Shown here piece by piece: positions 18,299 to 28,403 of a stretch of DNA of 63,904 nt. The first letter of the stretch is position 1; every line of letters starts with the position of its first letter. The stretch comes from a virus. Lineage: Duplodnaviria > Heunggongvirae > Uroviricota > Caudoviricetes > Ackermannviridae. The DNA is taken from positions 95,225 through 159,128 of IMG/VR virus record IMGVR_UViG_2974516482_000001. One strand, given 5' to 3'. The notes under the pieces are model-generated. The model had not been told where the DNA came from. It did no database searches and saw only the letters and a program-made list of their open reading frames with translations. Position numbers and translations under genes: made by a program.

Positions 18299-19687
18299 TC
18301 AGACCTTCTGGGCTTGTCCTTTCTCTATTGGCGTCGGAGTTGGTGTAGAAGCCACAGTTTGACCAGTCTGAGGCGGTAAGACCTTCTGGATCATACTATC
18401 TTTGGCAATCTCGGCGACGCATTGATAATCATTTGTCAGGCGTGAAATCTTATGGCGTATCTTTGTGACGATATAATGGCCTGTTGATAACTTACTTAAC
18501 TCGGCAATGTTTTCATTAGATTTCGGGCGGTTCGACAAATCTTCAATATAATAAACCTGCCCAACATTCAGACGGTTATCCCCCACGACCAGCAAACGCA
18601 TAACCGTTGACGCGAGGCTGAATTCTATAACGCGTCGTGCGTAATCTATTTGTTCGGCACCATCCGGTTGCGCTTCAATGTACCTAACGTTCTCGCGGTC
18701 GAATTGATCAGAGAACAAAGGGAAAGGATCAAGGTGAGCAGTGCTGTCAAACCATTCTGAATAAATGCGTTGGGTCGCTGTCGTGGATTTTGTACTAAAG
18801 TCATACACGCGCTCGTTCACTGCCAAGATATCCCGATAATTCGCCATGTATTGATCACGCGCCAGTTTCTTTTCAGCCTTGATTATAGTCCGCATGAAAC
18901 GTTCTGAGTTGAAATTGTTATCCTGCATCAACGGCGCGTCTTGAGGGTCTCGGAAGAATTTCTTTTCAATAGAAGCCTCTTGCTTCTCTTCAGCAGTCAT
19001 AGACTGGTTGCCCTGGTTGAACAACGTCGTCATGCTTTTGAAGTGATAACCCGTAAAGTCTTCATAGAAAACGAATGGCATGAATAATTCGTCATATGCA
19101 CGGCTGGCCATATAATCTATGGAGCGGAGTACAGGCCAAAGAGGGGTAGCGAACCTTTCTTGTATCCCATATGAAGGATCTATGTCTTCAAATTTGGTGC
19201 GTGAATTCAGTTGCTCAAAGATTTTAGCTGCCATCTCAGAATAAGAACCGCTTAATCCAACAGATTTACGCAACATGCTATCTCGATATGCGTCTGTTGT
19301 CACCAAGTGCAACCAGAATGCCTTTTTCGAAGAAGAGTTCGATTCGTCAGCAACTCTCCCCACCCGACTGACTCGCAATGAAAGCGTAGTGTAGTCGGAA
19401 GCCGCAGGTGATTTGAACGATACCACTACTTCCTCACCTCCGAGGATTGGCATTGTATCCAATATATCCCAGCCTTCTTTGATCAGAATATTAGCTGTCA
19501 GCGACGGTGAAGCATTCCCTTCCAGACCAAGATCCTGATATACGTTGAATTCTTGAAACAACGATGAAAGGTCATAAGGCTTGGGAGTACCGCCTTCAGG
19601 CGTGTGTGGTAATATCGCCATATATTTCAAATCAAATGTTGTGGACGGAGTTAAAATTCCGTCCTGGGATTCTTTATTTTCGATCAT
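18299..19687 (-). CDS. 27: Baseplate hub protein (gp27-like)
   Basis: Synteny 48-53-27-TMP; GDNRLNVGQ and GHYIVTKIRH are hub-like motifs. Confidence 0.65.
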   Translation of the reverse strand: MIENKESQDGILTPSTTFDLKYMAILPHTPEGGTPKPYDLSSLFQEFNVYQDLGLEGNASPSLTANILIKEGWDILDTMPILGGEEVVVSFKSPAASDYTTLSLRVSRVGRVADESNSSSKKAFWLHLVTTDAYRDSMLRKSVGLSGSYSEMAAKIFEQLNSRTKFEDIDPSYGIQERFATPLWPVLRSIDYMASRAYDELFMPFVFYEDFTGYHFKSMTTLFNQGNQSMTAEEKQEASIEKKFFRDPQDAPLMQDNNFNSERFMRTIIKAEKKLARDQYMANYRDILAVNERVYDFSTKSTTATQRIYSEWFDSTAHLDPFPLFSDQFDRENVRYIEAQPDGAEQIDYARRVIEFSLASTVMRLLVVGDNRLNVGQVYYIEDLSNRPKSNENIAELSKLSTGHYIVTKIRHKISRLTNDYQCVAEIAKDSMIQKVLPPQTGQTVASTPTPTPIEKGQAQKV

Positions 19688-20241
19688 TTGGTCAGCTCCT
19701 GTTCCAGCTGATTAACAAAGGAAGAAACATAATCTGGGTCTAGAACCCGAATATTCCGTTTGGCTTCGTTTTTGTTTATTGCATCATCGTGATATGTAAT
19801 GCCAGTCAGCCCGTAATTCGCGATGATTGTCGCGTCGTCCATAGCGCCAAGGCCATATGCCAAACGGATAGCGCGGGGATCTGTTTCATTCCCAAATTCG
19901 TCAACGTAGTATTTTACGTCCCACATCCCATCGAGTCCATAACGAGCAGTTAGCTCTTCAATGATTCTGCGTTCTGGTTTTGGCCAGTCTTCTGTGATAT
20001 CCATGATACCATTGATAAGACATGGTATCCAGAACAACTCGAAGGAACCATAGACCCGTTCCGCAAAAGACCTTGGGGTTTCCCCATCGAAAACAGTATA
20101 CGGCAGGAGAAGCCCTTCTATGTCCCTAATTTTCTTAACAACCATAACCCGTCGTGTTAAGTTCTGCAACAGGACTTGGTCATCCTCTTTGACACCAATT
20201 AATTGATGCCACACGAGTGGAAATTTCTCAAAATATTTCAT
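19684..20241 (-). CDS. 53: Baseplate wedge protein gp53
   Basis: MKYFEKFP...YTVFDGETPRSFAERVYGSFELFWI (LysM-like). Confidence 0.85.
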   Translation of the reverse strand: MKYFEKFPLVWHQLIGVKEDDQVLLQNLTRRVMVVKKIRDIEGLLLPYTVFDGETPRSFAERVYGSFELFWIPCLINGIMDITEDWPKPERRIIEELTARYGLDGMWDVKYYVDEFGNETDPRAIRLAYGLGAMDDATIIANYGLTGITYHDDAINKNEAKRNIRVLDPDYVSSFVNQLEQELTK

Positions 20242-20254
20242 GGCATCTTTCTCC

Positions 20255-21223
20255 TTAGAAGCTGTCGCCTTCGGTATCAAAGCGGCCTTTGTGCAACGGT
20301 TCCAGTTCGATAAATGTCATATCAATCTGGGTTGACACGATGCTGTCATCTTTGTGGACAGCATATGAAGAATCCGGCGTCTCGTTGACAAACATGTTTG
20401 ACAAAACACAAGTCGATATTCGATGTAACCATTTATTGCGTTCCCCCTGCACCATGAACGTGATGTCAAATGTGAAAGGGTGTAGATAGAATGCACTGGA
20501 ATTCTTGTTGTATTTGTATTCTGGATACATGTGCATCTTGAATAAACGGATAATCTCCCGCACCATTTTCGCCTCTTTTTGCGATCTTGGAGTGAATTTG
20601 AATGTGAACGGGATTTCTCGGTTGCGCACCCCTTGGAAAATCATTTCCACATACGGGTTGGTCATCGTACCTGTAAACAATTCTAATGTATCATGAGCAT
20701 TAATTGTCGGCAAGAAAGGAATTGCTTCCGAAGCAGATTGGATGGCCTTTGTCGCCGCAAATCTCCCCATTTCTTTCCCAACATTCAAAGCATCCCCAAG
20801 TTTGAATTGACTCATATCTTGGGCGGCGCGTGATAAGAATTGGGCACCCATACCTGCTAATCCCAACTCGGAGCCGTTCCAGCCAACGCCATAGTTGGTT
20901 GTAATAGATTCAGGCATACACAACACTATGGACTCGTTAGAGCGGACGTGACGCGCCCAAGCATATTTGCTAATAGAACCCGATTTAGAACCATAAACCA
21001 CAGGAGTCTTACCCAATGGATTTTGTATCGGATTTTCGACGGTTTGGGTTGTGGTGTCCCCATATGAAGAACCAGATATTCGGTTGATGTTGAATAGAAC
21101 ATAATGGCCGAGGGTTTTACCCCCTGTTATGTCTAATGGATAGACCAATTGCTTCTGAGACTTGGCCAAGCCTTTTGTGTTCAGAACTTTGATCTTATCG
21201 ATGGTCGACTTGAAATTCGCCAT
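20255..21223 (-). CDS. 48: Baseplate tail tube cap gp48
   Basis: NPYVEMIFQGVRNREIPFTFKFTPRS.KE and FYLHPFTF motifs. Confidence 0.9.
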   Translation of the reverse strand: MANFKSTIDKIKVLNTKGLAKSQKQLVYPLDITGGKTLGHYVLFNINRISGSSYGDTTTQTVENPIQNPLGKTPVVYGSKSGSISKYAWARHVRSNESIVLCMPESITTNYGVGWNGSELGLAGMGAQFLSRAAQDMSQFKLGDALNVGKEMGRFAATKAIQSASEAIPFLPTINAHDTLELFTGTMTNPYVEMIFQGVRNREIPFTFKFTPRSQKEAKMVREIIRLFKMHMYPEYKYNKNSSAFYLHPFTFDITFMVQGERNKWLHRISTCVLSNMFVNETPDSSYAVHKDDSIVSTQIDMTFIELEPLHKGRFDTEGDSF

Positions 21224-21260
21224 GGTCTGAAGCCCTTTAATTAGAATAGAGTGATGACAC

Positions 21261-21268
21261 TATTTAGG
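21261..21268 (-). promoter_or_regulatory. Late promoter CCTAAATA
   Basis: Vi1-like late motif upstream of the gp48 operon. Confidence 0.65.
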
Positions 21269-21276
21269 ACTAGAAT

Positions 21277-21897
21277 ATGGCTATGTATTTGCAGGGGAAG
21301 TATGTTCCCGTAAATCCCAAGAAATATAAAGGCGACGTGAACAAAATAGTATTCCGTTCTTCTTTAGAACTGGTCGCCTTTAAATTTTGTGATATGAATC
21401 CCGCCATCATTTTTTGGGAAAACGAAGAAACTGTAATCCCTTACATATCTCCGGTTGATGGCCGCGCCCATCGTTATTTCATGGATTTGAAGGTTTGGAC
21501 TCGTCGGCAGGATTCCGATGAATTACAAATTACTCTTATTGAAATAAAACCCAAAGACCAGATTAAAGAACCTCGCAAAACTAAAACGATGAAGGAATCA
21601 ACATTCAATAATTCAATGCGCACTTGGTTGGTAAATCAGGCAAAGTGGACAGCAACTAAAGAACATTGCGCAAAGGTAGGTTGGAAATTCATTATCTGGA
21701 CAGAAGAACATTTGGTGCCAGGTGAAGACCCAGAAGTTAAAAAACAATTTGCTCTTCGTTCTAAGAAAAAGCGCGAAGTCGAAATGGAAGATCGACGCCG
21801 CGCTCAAAGGATTAATGCGTTGAAAGAGCAAATGAAGAAGGAAACTGCTAATAAACAACCAACGCAATCGGAAGATGATGGTTTGTTATTACCCTGA
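21277..21897 (+). CDS. 4: Head completion nuclease gp4
   Basis: GKYVPVNPKKYKGD, RSSLE, HRYFMD and EIKP motifs. Confidence 0.92.
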   Translation: MAMYLQGKYVPVNPKKYKGDVNKIVFRSSLELVAFKFCDMNPAIIFWENEETVIPYISPVDGRAHRYFMDLKVWTRRQDSDELQITLIEIKPKDQIKEPRKTKTMKESTFNNSMRTWLVNQAKWTATKEHCAKVGWKFIIWTEEHLVPGEDPEVKKQFALRSKKKREVEMEDRRRAQRINALKEQMKKETANKQPTQSEDDGLLLP

Positions 21898-22107
21898 TTT
21901 CCTTGGATGTCCAGGGGCAAAGCAAGTTTGTTTGTCCCTGCATATCATCCACCCATCAGCACGGGCTTGTCTAGCACAGTCTCCCCAAGATTCACCAGCA
22001 TAAGACTTCATCCCACATCTGGGGTGATGCTCTTGCCAAGCCCAATTACAAGATTTGCATTCAACACACTCACAATACAAATCGACGGTGTATCCTGCAG
22101 TAATCAT
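21889..22107 (-). CDS. Hypothetical Cys-rich protein
   Basis: ORF track; probable Zn-binding. Confidence 0.65.
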   Translation of the reverse strand: MITAGYTVDLYCECVECKSCNWAWQEHHPRCGMKSYAGESWGDCARQARADGWMICRDKQTCFAPGHPRKSG

Positions 22108-22515
22108 TTAGTCACCCAGATGATCATAAATTTTTTGACGGAATTCGTTCCCTTTAGCACAACCTGTAGCCAACAGGCGAGTACCGCCCGTACCAATAAC
22201 ACTGATTGTTGAAAACTTCAGGATACGGCCTGTAATAGACTGGTCCACCTTAATGGTTTCTACTTTACCAAGACGGAGTTCATCAGCATCACGACGAATA
22301 AATCCCCGTTTGACAATAACACGCTTGTTGGTGACTGCGAATTCAGTTGTCAATACATTTAAAATTGTTGGTATCAGAAATAACAAGCTGAATCCAAATG
22401 TTGGGATAATCGTTAAAATAACCAGAACATAAATCCAAAAACCGCTCCACCAAGTCGGGCGGGTGAAAGCGATGACATGTTCATTTTCGCCGAGCATGCG
22501 GTCTACATAACGCAT
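22108..22515 (-). CDS. Membrane protein with a bacterial PH domain (YdbT/bPH_2-like)
   Basis: Two TM helices followed by TEFAVTNKRVIVKRG...ELRLGKVETIKVDQSITGRIL. Confidence 0.75.
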   Translation of the reverse strand: MRYVDRMLGENEHVIAFTRPTWWSGFWIYVLVILTIIPTFGFSLLFLIPTILNVLTTEFAVTNKRVIVKRGFIRRDADELRLGKVETIKVDQSITGRILKFSTISVIGTGGTRLLATGCAKGNEFRQKIYDHLGD

Positions 22516-22516
22516 T

Positions 22517-23038
22517 TTAATTCCTTACTTTGTCTGGGTTGGATAAGATTTGTTCGTATCCGACTTCGCCTTGATCGTCGAAAACATGCTGAAGAATCGC
22601 CATATCGTCTACCATCCGATAAACTTCAATTCCAGCGTTCATCAATTTTTTGATTCCATCCATGATACGATATGGCTCTTGATAATATACTTTATCGATC
22701 TTGCCGTTGTCGATGATCTTCTGAGTGCAATCAGGGCATGGGCTATGTGTCACAAACATAACCAACCCTGTAAAATCATCTGCATTTTCGGGGATACGCA
22801 TTAGAGCATTTTCCTCCGCATGAATGACACACGGGTTTGTAACAATTTGCCCGTGTTGTTCCATCTCACAAACATTCGGCATGCCAGGAGGCGTTCCGTT
22901 CCATCCGATAGCCACAGGCTGATCAGTTTCAGGGTTTACGATAACACAACCGACTTGCAGACGCCGTGCATAACTGGTTACACCATATGCTGCAGCTGAT
23001 CGCATATGGGCGAACATCATACGTGGTTTGATAGCCAT
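22517..23038 (-). CDS. cd: dCMP deaminase
   Basis: RLQVGCVIV, GWNG, HAEEN and THSPCPDC motifs. Confidence 0.92.
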   Translation of the reverse strand: MAIKPRMMFAHMRSAAAYGVTSYARRLQVGCVIVNPETDQPVAIGWNGTPPGMPNVCEMEQHGQIVTNPCVIHAEENALMRIPENADDFTGLVMFVTHSPCPDCTQKIIDNGKIDKVYYQEPYRIMDGIKKLMNAGIEVYRMVDDMAILQHVFDDQGEVGYEQILSNPDKVRN

Positions 23039-23355
23039 TATTTTATCAGAGCCTTTTCAAGTAAAAAGATCATGTCATCCTGGTCGGCGCGGCCAAAGAT
23101 CTGACCGAGGGACACCATGGAATGAACCTCTTTGACAATCAGGTCTTTGCCTGTTACACCGCTGTTGTCCAATTCGAGAATTGTAGACATGCGCTCAACC
23201 ATATGAGGTGGATGATTGATATAACGTTGAAGATACTTTTCACGCAACGCAATTTTTTCGATAAGATCTGACATTTCTGCATTCTCTTCTGAATACAGAC
23301 GTTCTTTGGATTTCAGTTCTTCGAGGCGTTCGTACATTTCTTTTAATGAAATCAT
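23038..23355 (-). CDS. Hypothetical protein
   Basis: Start refined to MISLKEM after GGAG. Confidence 0.7.
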   Translation of the reverse strand: MISLKEMYERLEELKSKERLYSEENAEMSDLIEKIALREKYLQRYINHPPHMVERMSTILELDNSGVTGKDLIVKEVHSMVSLGQIFGRADQDDMIFLLEKALIK

Positions 23356-23418
23356 GTTTGTCTCTCCCAATAAATTAAAGGGAAGTATACCTTCCCCTTT
23401 CTTCAATAACCTAAAATA

Positions 23419-23769
23419 TTATTCAGTGCATGCTTTACCGAGGTCTGTAAGTCTATAGAATGTTACTTCAGACTTCGGCCAATGCTTATACTCTTCAGAG
23501 TTGTCGTGAACCATTGTAAACGCAGGTTCGATCAGACCTTTAGACAACAAGGATTGACCTGAACGCGTATCCCATGGATCACCCTTTACAGAACGAAACC
23601 CGCCAGATATCGGTGGCGCATGAAAAGTCCAAACCGTTTTCCCTTTATCGTTCGTCCAAGATTTGGGATTGAAATACCAATGACAAAGGCGTCTGGCTTC
23701 ACCTTTTTCAAAATTCAACATTCCTAAAAGGACGCAGAGTTGATGTCCTGTGATGCGTGGCTTTTTCAT
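23419..23769 (-). CDS. Hypothetical protein (116 aa)
   Basis: ORF track; overlapped operon. Confidence 0.7.
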   Translation of the reverse strand: MKKPRITGHQLCVLLGMLNFEKGEARRLCHWYFNPKSWTNDKGKTVWTFHAPPISGGFRSVKGDPWDTRSGQSLLSKGLIEPAFTMVHDNSEEYKHWPKSEVTFYRLTDLGKACTE

Positions 23770-24098
23770 AAGATCCCCAAGTCAGTAAGGTAACGATAAA
23801 ACAAGATTATAGACAGAAATCCAATTAACGCCCAAGACGACAGGATAGGCTTGCAATTTAGCGTAGTCTTTCCATTGGGTATGTTGGGACTTCCAGTAAT
23901 AACAACCGAATCCGTTTTAGCTCTCAGCGTCATGACAGAACCCATGAGAATGATTGGGCGCACATAATGTCCTTCATTATTGCGCTTTACGATACATGGT
24001 GAAGAAAATCGCAGGAACGGATCACCGCTTTTATAACCGAATAACTCGACATTTTCTATTTCTTCGGGTACTTTCTGACCAGGAAAGAATATTCTCAT
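23766..24098 (-). CDS. Hypothetical protein with a C-terminal TM helix
   Basis: ATGA overlaps with both neighbours. Confidence 0.7.
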
Positions 24099-24673
24099 AA
24101 CACAATTCCTAAATTTGTGTATAATAACTCAGCCAGGGTTACAGGACGCTTGAATTGTTCCCAACTGCAGTTCAGGTATTCGCGCTCTTCGCGAATATTT
24201 TCGTGAAGATGACCATGGATATTATACGCCCAACGGTCTAATTGATAAGGAACATGTGTTGTCAACACACGGCCAACAGGCGTGTCACGTTCATACATAG
24301 CGCCGAAGGAGCTAATCCAGCCGTCCAGATACAGAGACAACAACATCTTAAAGCTGTCATGGTTGCCTTGTGCCACCTTGATGATAAAGTTCGGACGCCA
24401 GTCATCGGGAACGGGGCGTCGCTTAAACTCATCAATGTTTCGCTTGGCACCCTCTCGCATCAGGCGAATGAACCCTTCAGCCCCGATGAAGCATATATCA
24501 CCAGCCAGTTCAAGAACGTCCCGAGACTTCAACCCCTGAAAGATACTGTCAATGACCGCAGCGTCATGGGCTTCCTGTGTATCAAATCCACGCGGTTTAA
24601 AGACCTTCTTATGCCCAAGATGAGTGTCACCAAGGTGCTTTACAATTCCCGCCATTATGGTTTCCTCAGCCAT
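24095..24673 (-). CDS. Calcineurin-like metallophosphoesterase
   Basis: GDTHLGH, LAGD, GNHD, THVP and HGHLH motifs. Confidence 0.88.
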
Positions 24674-24996
24674 TCTAAAATCGGCACGTTCACAAACCCT
24701 TTATGCCAACGATGCGGTTTGTGACCTCTATTATGTTCGAGCAAACACGTGTCTGGTGGGACACTGAAGTGGATGCCTTCGATGTCATAATAATTCCCAT
24801 CAATCAGAGTGTATACATGACCTTCAATCTGGCTATAATGGATCTCTGCTTGAGGATACACATGCTTCAGAACCAGAGCAACCTGATAGCACTTTCCGTT
24901 CTTCCCAACATACTCAACATCCACCTGTTGTGGGAACACGTCTTTGATAAGATTTATCAATCTCGTGATATCATTTACAACAACCGAACGTTTCAT
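24655..24996 (-). CDS. Hypothetical protein (113 aa)
   Basis: ORF track. Confidence 0.7.
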
Positions 24997-24998
24997 CT

Positions 24999-25661
24999 CT
25001 ATGATAACTCATGGCGATGTCGAACACACGCAGGACAATCACAATTCTTTTTCAAAATTGGCAATTCACACCATGTCATTAAGTCATGTATTGGGGACAT
25101 GTGATGATAGAACCAAGATTTCTTGAGACTAATCAATGGATATAAAATTTCAATAGGTCTTTCCCCGTCTCTGGTCATCATGTTGTACCCTTCAATGACT
25201 TTATTAAAGGCGGGTATCCAGTGTATTGCGTCATCGCCGTTAACATATGCCAAGATATACGTGGAAGGCAAGCCACTGCCTTTAAATTGCGTGTTTAATA
25301 ACCATATCGGGGCTTGTGCTAAACAAGCGCGAAAACCACCGTTCGGGACGTTGATGCTACTGATAGGTTCTTGATGATGTGTCCAACGATACATGAGAAG
25401 TGGGGCATTTTTATTAATCCAGTTGTGTATTTTATTCCTCGCCCAATTTTCGCGCTTAGATTTAAATTTATTATTTTCGAGGTGGCAATACACAGTATGA
25501 ACTGAATATCCTTTCGATAACAACCAAATCAACATGTATGTGCTATCCACCCCACCAGACCAGAACAACGTCACTTCTTGATTATTCTCCGGCAATGGAG
25601 CATCCCCTTGAAGAACACGGTATACAAAATCACAATCAGATACTGAGACAACAATTTCCAT
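24999..25661 (-). CDS. QueC-like PP-loop ATPase
   Basis: FWSGGVDST PP-loop and a C-terminal WC...CDCPAC Zn site. Confidence 0.7.
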   Translation of the reverse strand: MEIVVSVSDCDFVYRVLQGDAPLPENNQEVTLFWSGGVDSTYMLIWLLSKGYSVHTVYCHLENNKFKSKRENWARNKIHNWINKNAPLLMYRWTHHQEPISSINVPNGGFRACLAQAPIWLLNTQFKGSGLPSTYILAYVNGDDAIHWIPAFNKVIEGYNMMTRDGERPIEILYPLISLKKSWFYHHMSPIHDLMTWCELPILKKNCDCPACVRHRHELS

Positions 25662-25740
25662 TAAAATATTCCTCTTAAAGAATCATTTGTTGTGCGCCAT
25701 AAAGATATGATGGTACAATGATAATACATTATACAAATAG

Positions 25741-25763
25741 AAAAGCCCCTTTCGGGGCTTATT
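25741..25763. terminator. Intrinsic terminator
   Basis: aaaagcccc-tttc-ggggctt. Confidence 0.75.
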
Positions 25764-26049
25764 TGTCTTCAGATTCGTACAAACGCCAATTGCCGATGCT
25801 AAACCATTCCCCCACATTATTTGAATATCTGGTTGTTCGGACTCCTCCGACTTCATACGCCCATTTGAAGAATTTCCATTTGGACGATAAAGAAGGACAT
25901 TCGCTTCCAGATTTCAAAGAACACGCTGTGAGCCAACGTGTAATACTGAGAGCCTGAAAAATCGGATGGATAAATGAAGAATACAATATCCAAAGCGTTA
26001 TGACAACAAAAACAATGGTCGTGATCACCCCGACAATTTGAAAGAACAT
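25759..26049 (-). CDS. Hypothetical membrane protein
   Basis: N-terminal TM helix; GGAGG RBS. Confidence 0.7.
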   Translation of the reverse strand: MFFQIVGVITTIVFVVITLWILYSSFIHPIFQALSITRWLTACSLKSGSECPSLSSKWKFFKWAYEVGGVRTTRYSNNVGEWFSIGNWRLYESEDK

Positions 26050-26125
26050 TTAAGAACCTCCAAAATATTGAACACAGACTATGAAGAAAACTATGATTGT
26101 AAACAACCATGAAACAAGGAAAGAT

Positions 26126-26758
26126 TCATCCTTCCACCTTCAGTCCCATCAGGTCTTCCATGGTTTTCTGAATGCGTAGCCAATCAAGCGCCGCATCATA
26201 ACGAGGGTCATGATAGATCATGCCTTCCAGTTCCCACGCCTTGATACCAGCATATCGATCCTGCTGCCCAACACCCTTCAGCCAGCTTACGATGTCAAAT
26301 GTGTGGTGATAGTCCCAAGGTTCGTTGGAATCTTGCTTACACGTCACCTCAATGATGTGCTGAGCCTTGCGTAGGTCAAACAGATTCCTATCACACCAGT
26401 CAACCGATCGCGGGTCGATCCCAAGGCGATGGCATCCCTTGCGAATTTCATCGGCCAATTTGAAAATAGAAATATCCTTGTCGGTCGGATATAGACTGAT
26501 AGCTCGGGCGGCGTCGCACGGGTTGCGTTTACCTGTACCTAACCACCATTCCACAGTGCCCTGGTCCTTCACGCGACCGAGTTCGATCTGCTCTTTGACA
26601 TTCAGTTTGATAAATGTCGTGCGCTCTTCAACAAGCTGCTGAAGAGTATAACGCTTGGTCAGGTCGGCGATAGTCTGTGCCCAAGATAACATGACAGCAT
26701 CATCCCAACGACCGAGAGTTTCGCTATCAGCGACGGCCAAGAAATTAGATTTATACAT
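26126..26758 (-). CDS. dexA: DnaQ-like 3'-5' exonuclease (DexA-like)
   Basis: ADSETLG, FDL and HDPRYDAALD exonuclease motifs. Confidence 0.75.
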   Translation of the reverse strand: MYKSNFLAVADSETLGRWDDAVMLSWAQTIADLTKRYTLQQLVEERTTFIKLNVKEQIELGRVKDQGTVEWWLGTGKRNPCDAARAISLYPTDKDISIFKLADEIRKGCHRLGIDPRSVDWCDRNLFDLRKAQHIIEVTCKQDSNEPWDYHHTFDIVSWLKGVGQQDRYAGIKAWELEGMIYHDPRYDAALDWLRIQKTMEDLMGLKVEG

Positions 26759-27095
26759 CAGTTTCCCCTGCTTTCTCTAAAAGGAGTTTCAAAGGATATG
26801 TCCCACAAGCGGTGGCATACTCGACTTTGAAATATGAATTATCGTTCATGGCGAAATTGCGATGTGGGAAATATTCCCCGTCATCCAACCCGCCTAATCC
26901 CCCGCCGACGCGATATTGTTTCAACTCAACTTCGCCGCCATAACGGAGTTGGGCATATAGGCCGATAGGAGCGCGAACGTAATGCTCCAGCCATACCCAA
27001 TTTCCGTCGTGTAAACGTGTAGGGATAAATGCAAAACGCACCTTGGGATGAAGAACGGCTTTGGCGAGCATCTCTTCTGTTATTTCACGCTTCAT
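26751..27095 (-). CDS. Hypothetical protein (114 aa)
   Basis: ORF track. Confidence 0.7.
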   Translation of the reverse strand: MKREITEEMLAKAVLHPKVRFAFIPTRLHDGNWVWLEHYVRAPIGLYAQLRYGGEVELKQYRVGGGLGGLDDGEYFPHRNFAMNDNSYFKVEYATACGTYPLKLLLEKAGETDV

Positions 27096-27697
27096 CCAAT
27101 ACCTTCCTCTTCGATGATATCTTCTTCACTAGCGACGACAGAGATTCCGTAGTCTACCATCTGGGAAAGTTCTTGTAAATCTTGTTCAAACCCGTCACCC
27201 TGTCGGATATAAAAGACGGGTACGACACGACGCCTGGTATCTTCGAAGATAGTCTCCGCGATTTTATTAATCTGGCTCACCACGTGAAACAGTTTCAAAC
27301 CACCGATACCACAGCCGATGGCGGGTAAACCGACATAGACTGTTTCGTCGGTTTTTGCCTCAATGATATCGTGAACTTGTTCAAACATAATCTGAACTGA
27401 ACTGATAATGGAAGGCATGCGTGCGTTAGGACCAGGGTAGAACTGAGTGTACAAATTGAATCCCCAGACACCCGTGTCATGATCAAACGCATAGGACATG
27501 TTCCCCAAACGTTGTTCCGGACCACGTTCATCTAATTGGTCGGCTCGGTAAATTTCTGGGAAATCCAATCGAACATGGTTGGCGATACCTGCGCCCATCA
27601 CAGACCAACAATTTGCTCCATGAGCGAAAGCATTGATGAGATTAAAACTCGTAGCGGCTTTCAGTAAATCGCCGTTTGTGATAACATATGTGGTCAT
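27092..27697 (-). CDS. Macrodomain (ADP-ribose hydrolase) protein, Tk.4-like
   Basis: GDLL, AHGANCWSVMGAGIA, NLYTQ and LPAIGCGIGGL motifs. Confidence 0.88.
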   Translation of the reverse strand: MTTYVITNGDLLKAATSFNLINAFAHGANCWSVMGAGIANHVRLDFPEIYRADQLDERGPEQRLGNMSYAFDHDTGVWGFNLYTQFYPGPNARMPSIISSVQIMFEQVHDIIEAKTDETVYVGLPAIGCGIGGLKLFHVVSQINKIAETIFEDTRRRVVPVFYIRQGDGFEQDLQELSQMVDYGISVVASEEDIIEEEGIG

Positions 27698-27936
27698 GCG
27701 TAACGTCTCCATTCAATGATGCTGTTGTCAACACATAACACCTGAAAGATGCCTGTGTGGTGGCGATAATCGGTTATCTGCAGGATAAAGTTGTTGCCAT
27801 TGCGAATAATGGTGTTGACAACGATACCCTTGGCAGCAAGGCGTGTTACAATGTCAGTGCAAAGGCGGTCCATGTAACCGGACACAGAACCTGGTTCAAA
27901 GCAGCGCTCGAACAGATTTTCAAATTCTGGGTTCAT
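27694..27936 (-). CDS. Hypothetical protein (80 aa)
   Basis: ORF track; ATGA overlap. Confidence 0.65.
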   Translation of the reverse strand: MNPEFENLFERCFEPGSVSGYMDRLCTDIVTRLAAKGIVVNTIIRNGNNFILQITDYRHHTGIFQVLCVDNSIIEWRRYA

Positions 27937-27986
27937 TTGTTGTTACTAAACAAGGGGTCGAGGCGGTAATAATACCGCCTTTTTCT

Positions 27987-28400
27987 TCAATAGAGGTCTT
28001 CGGAAAAGAGTTCTTTGAAAGGAGTGTTCTTCAAACGGACCTGATTAGTTTGCCCGGCTTCACGGGCTACAATAGCCGCCTCTTCCCTAGACATCCATTG
28101 CCCATAGTTATCGATAAACCCTTGTTCACGCGTGTGGGTGGTTTCGATAACACCCACTTCCTTCAATCGTTTCAGTTGCGCATTCATCAATTTGTCGTGA
28201 TGTCGAGCGCTTACAACGATGACATCACCATATCTGTTGGCAGCGGCCACTACGCGCCGATCAAACTTGGTTGGGTCAGGTATATCACGAGCATACAAGG
28301 CGATGTGGGTGTCGTCCACGTCCCCTTTCACTTCAGAGTATAACTGACACCCATTAGGAGATCCAGTAGGTAAAGAACGAAAATAACCGAGTAATTTCAT
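27987..28400 (-). CDS. Conserved phage hypothetical protein
   Basis: VVAAAN...ARH...EQGFIDNYGQWMSREEA pattern is common in phages. Confidence 0.75.
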   Translation of the reverse strand: MKLLGYFRSLPTGSPNGCQLYSEVKGDVDDTHIALYARDIPDPTKFDRRVVAAANRYGDVIVVSARHHDKLMNAQLKRLKEVGVIETTHTREQGFIDNYGQWMSREEAAIVAREAGQTNQVRLKNTPFKELFSEDLY

Positions 28401-28403
28401 AAT

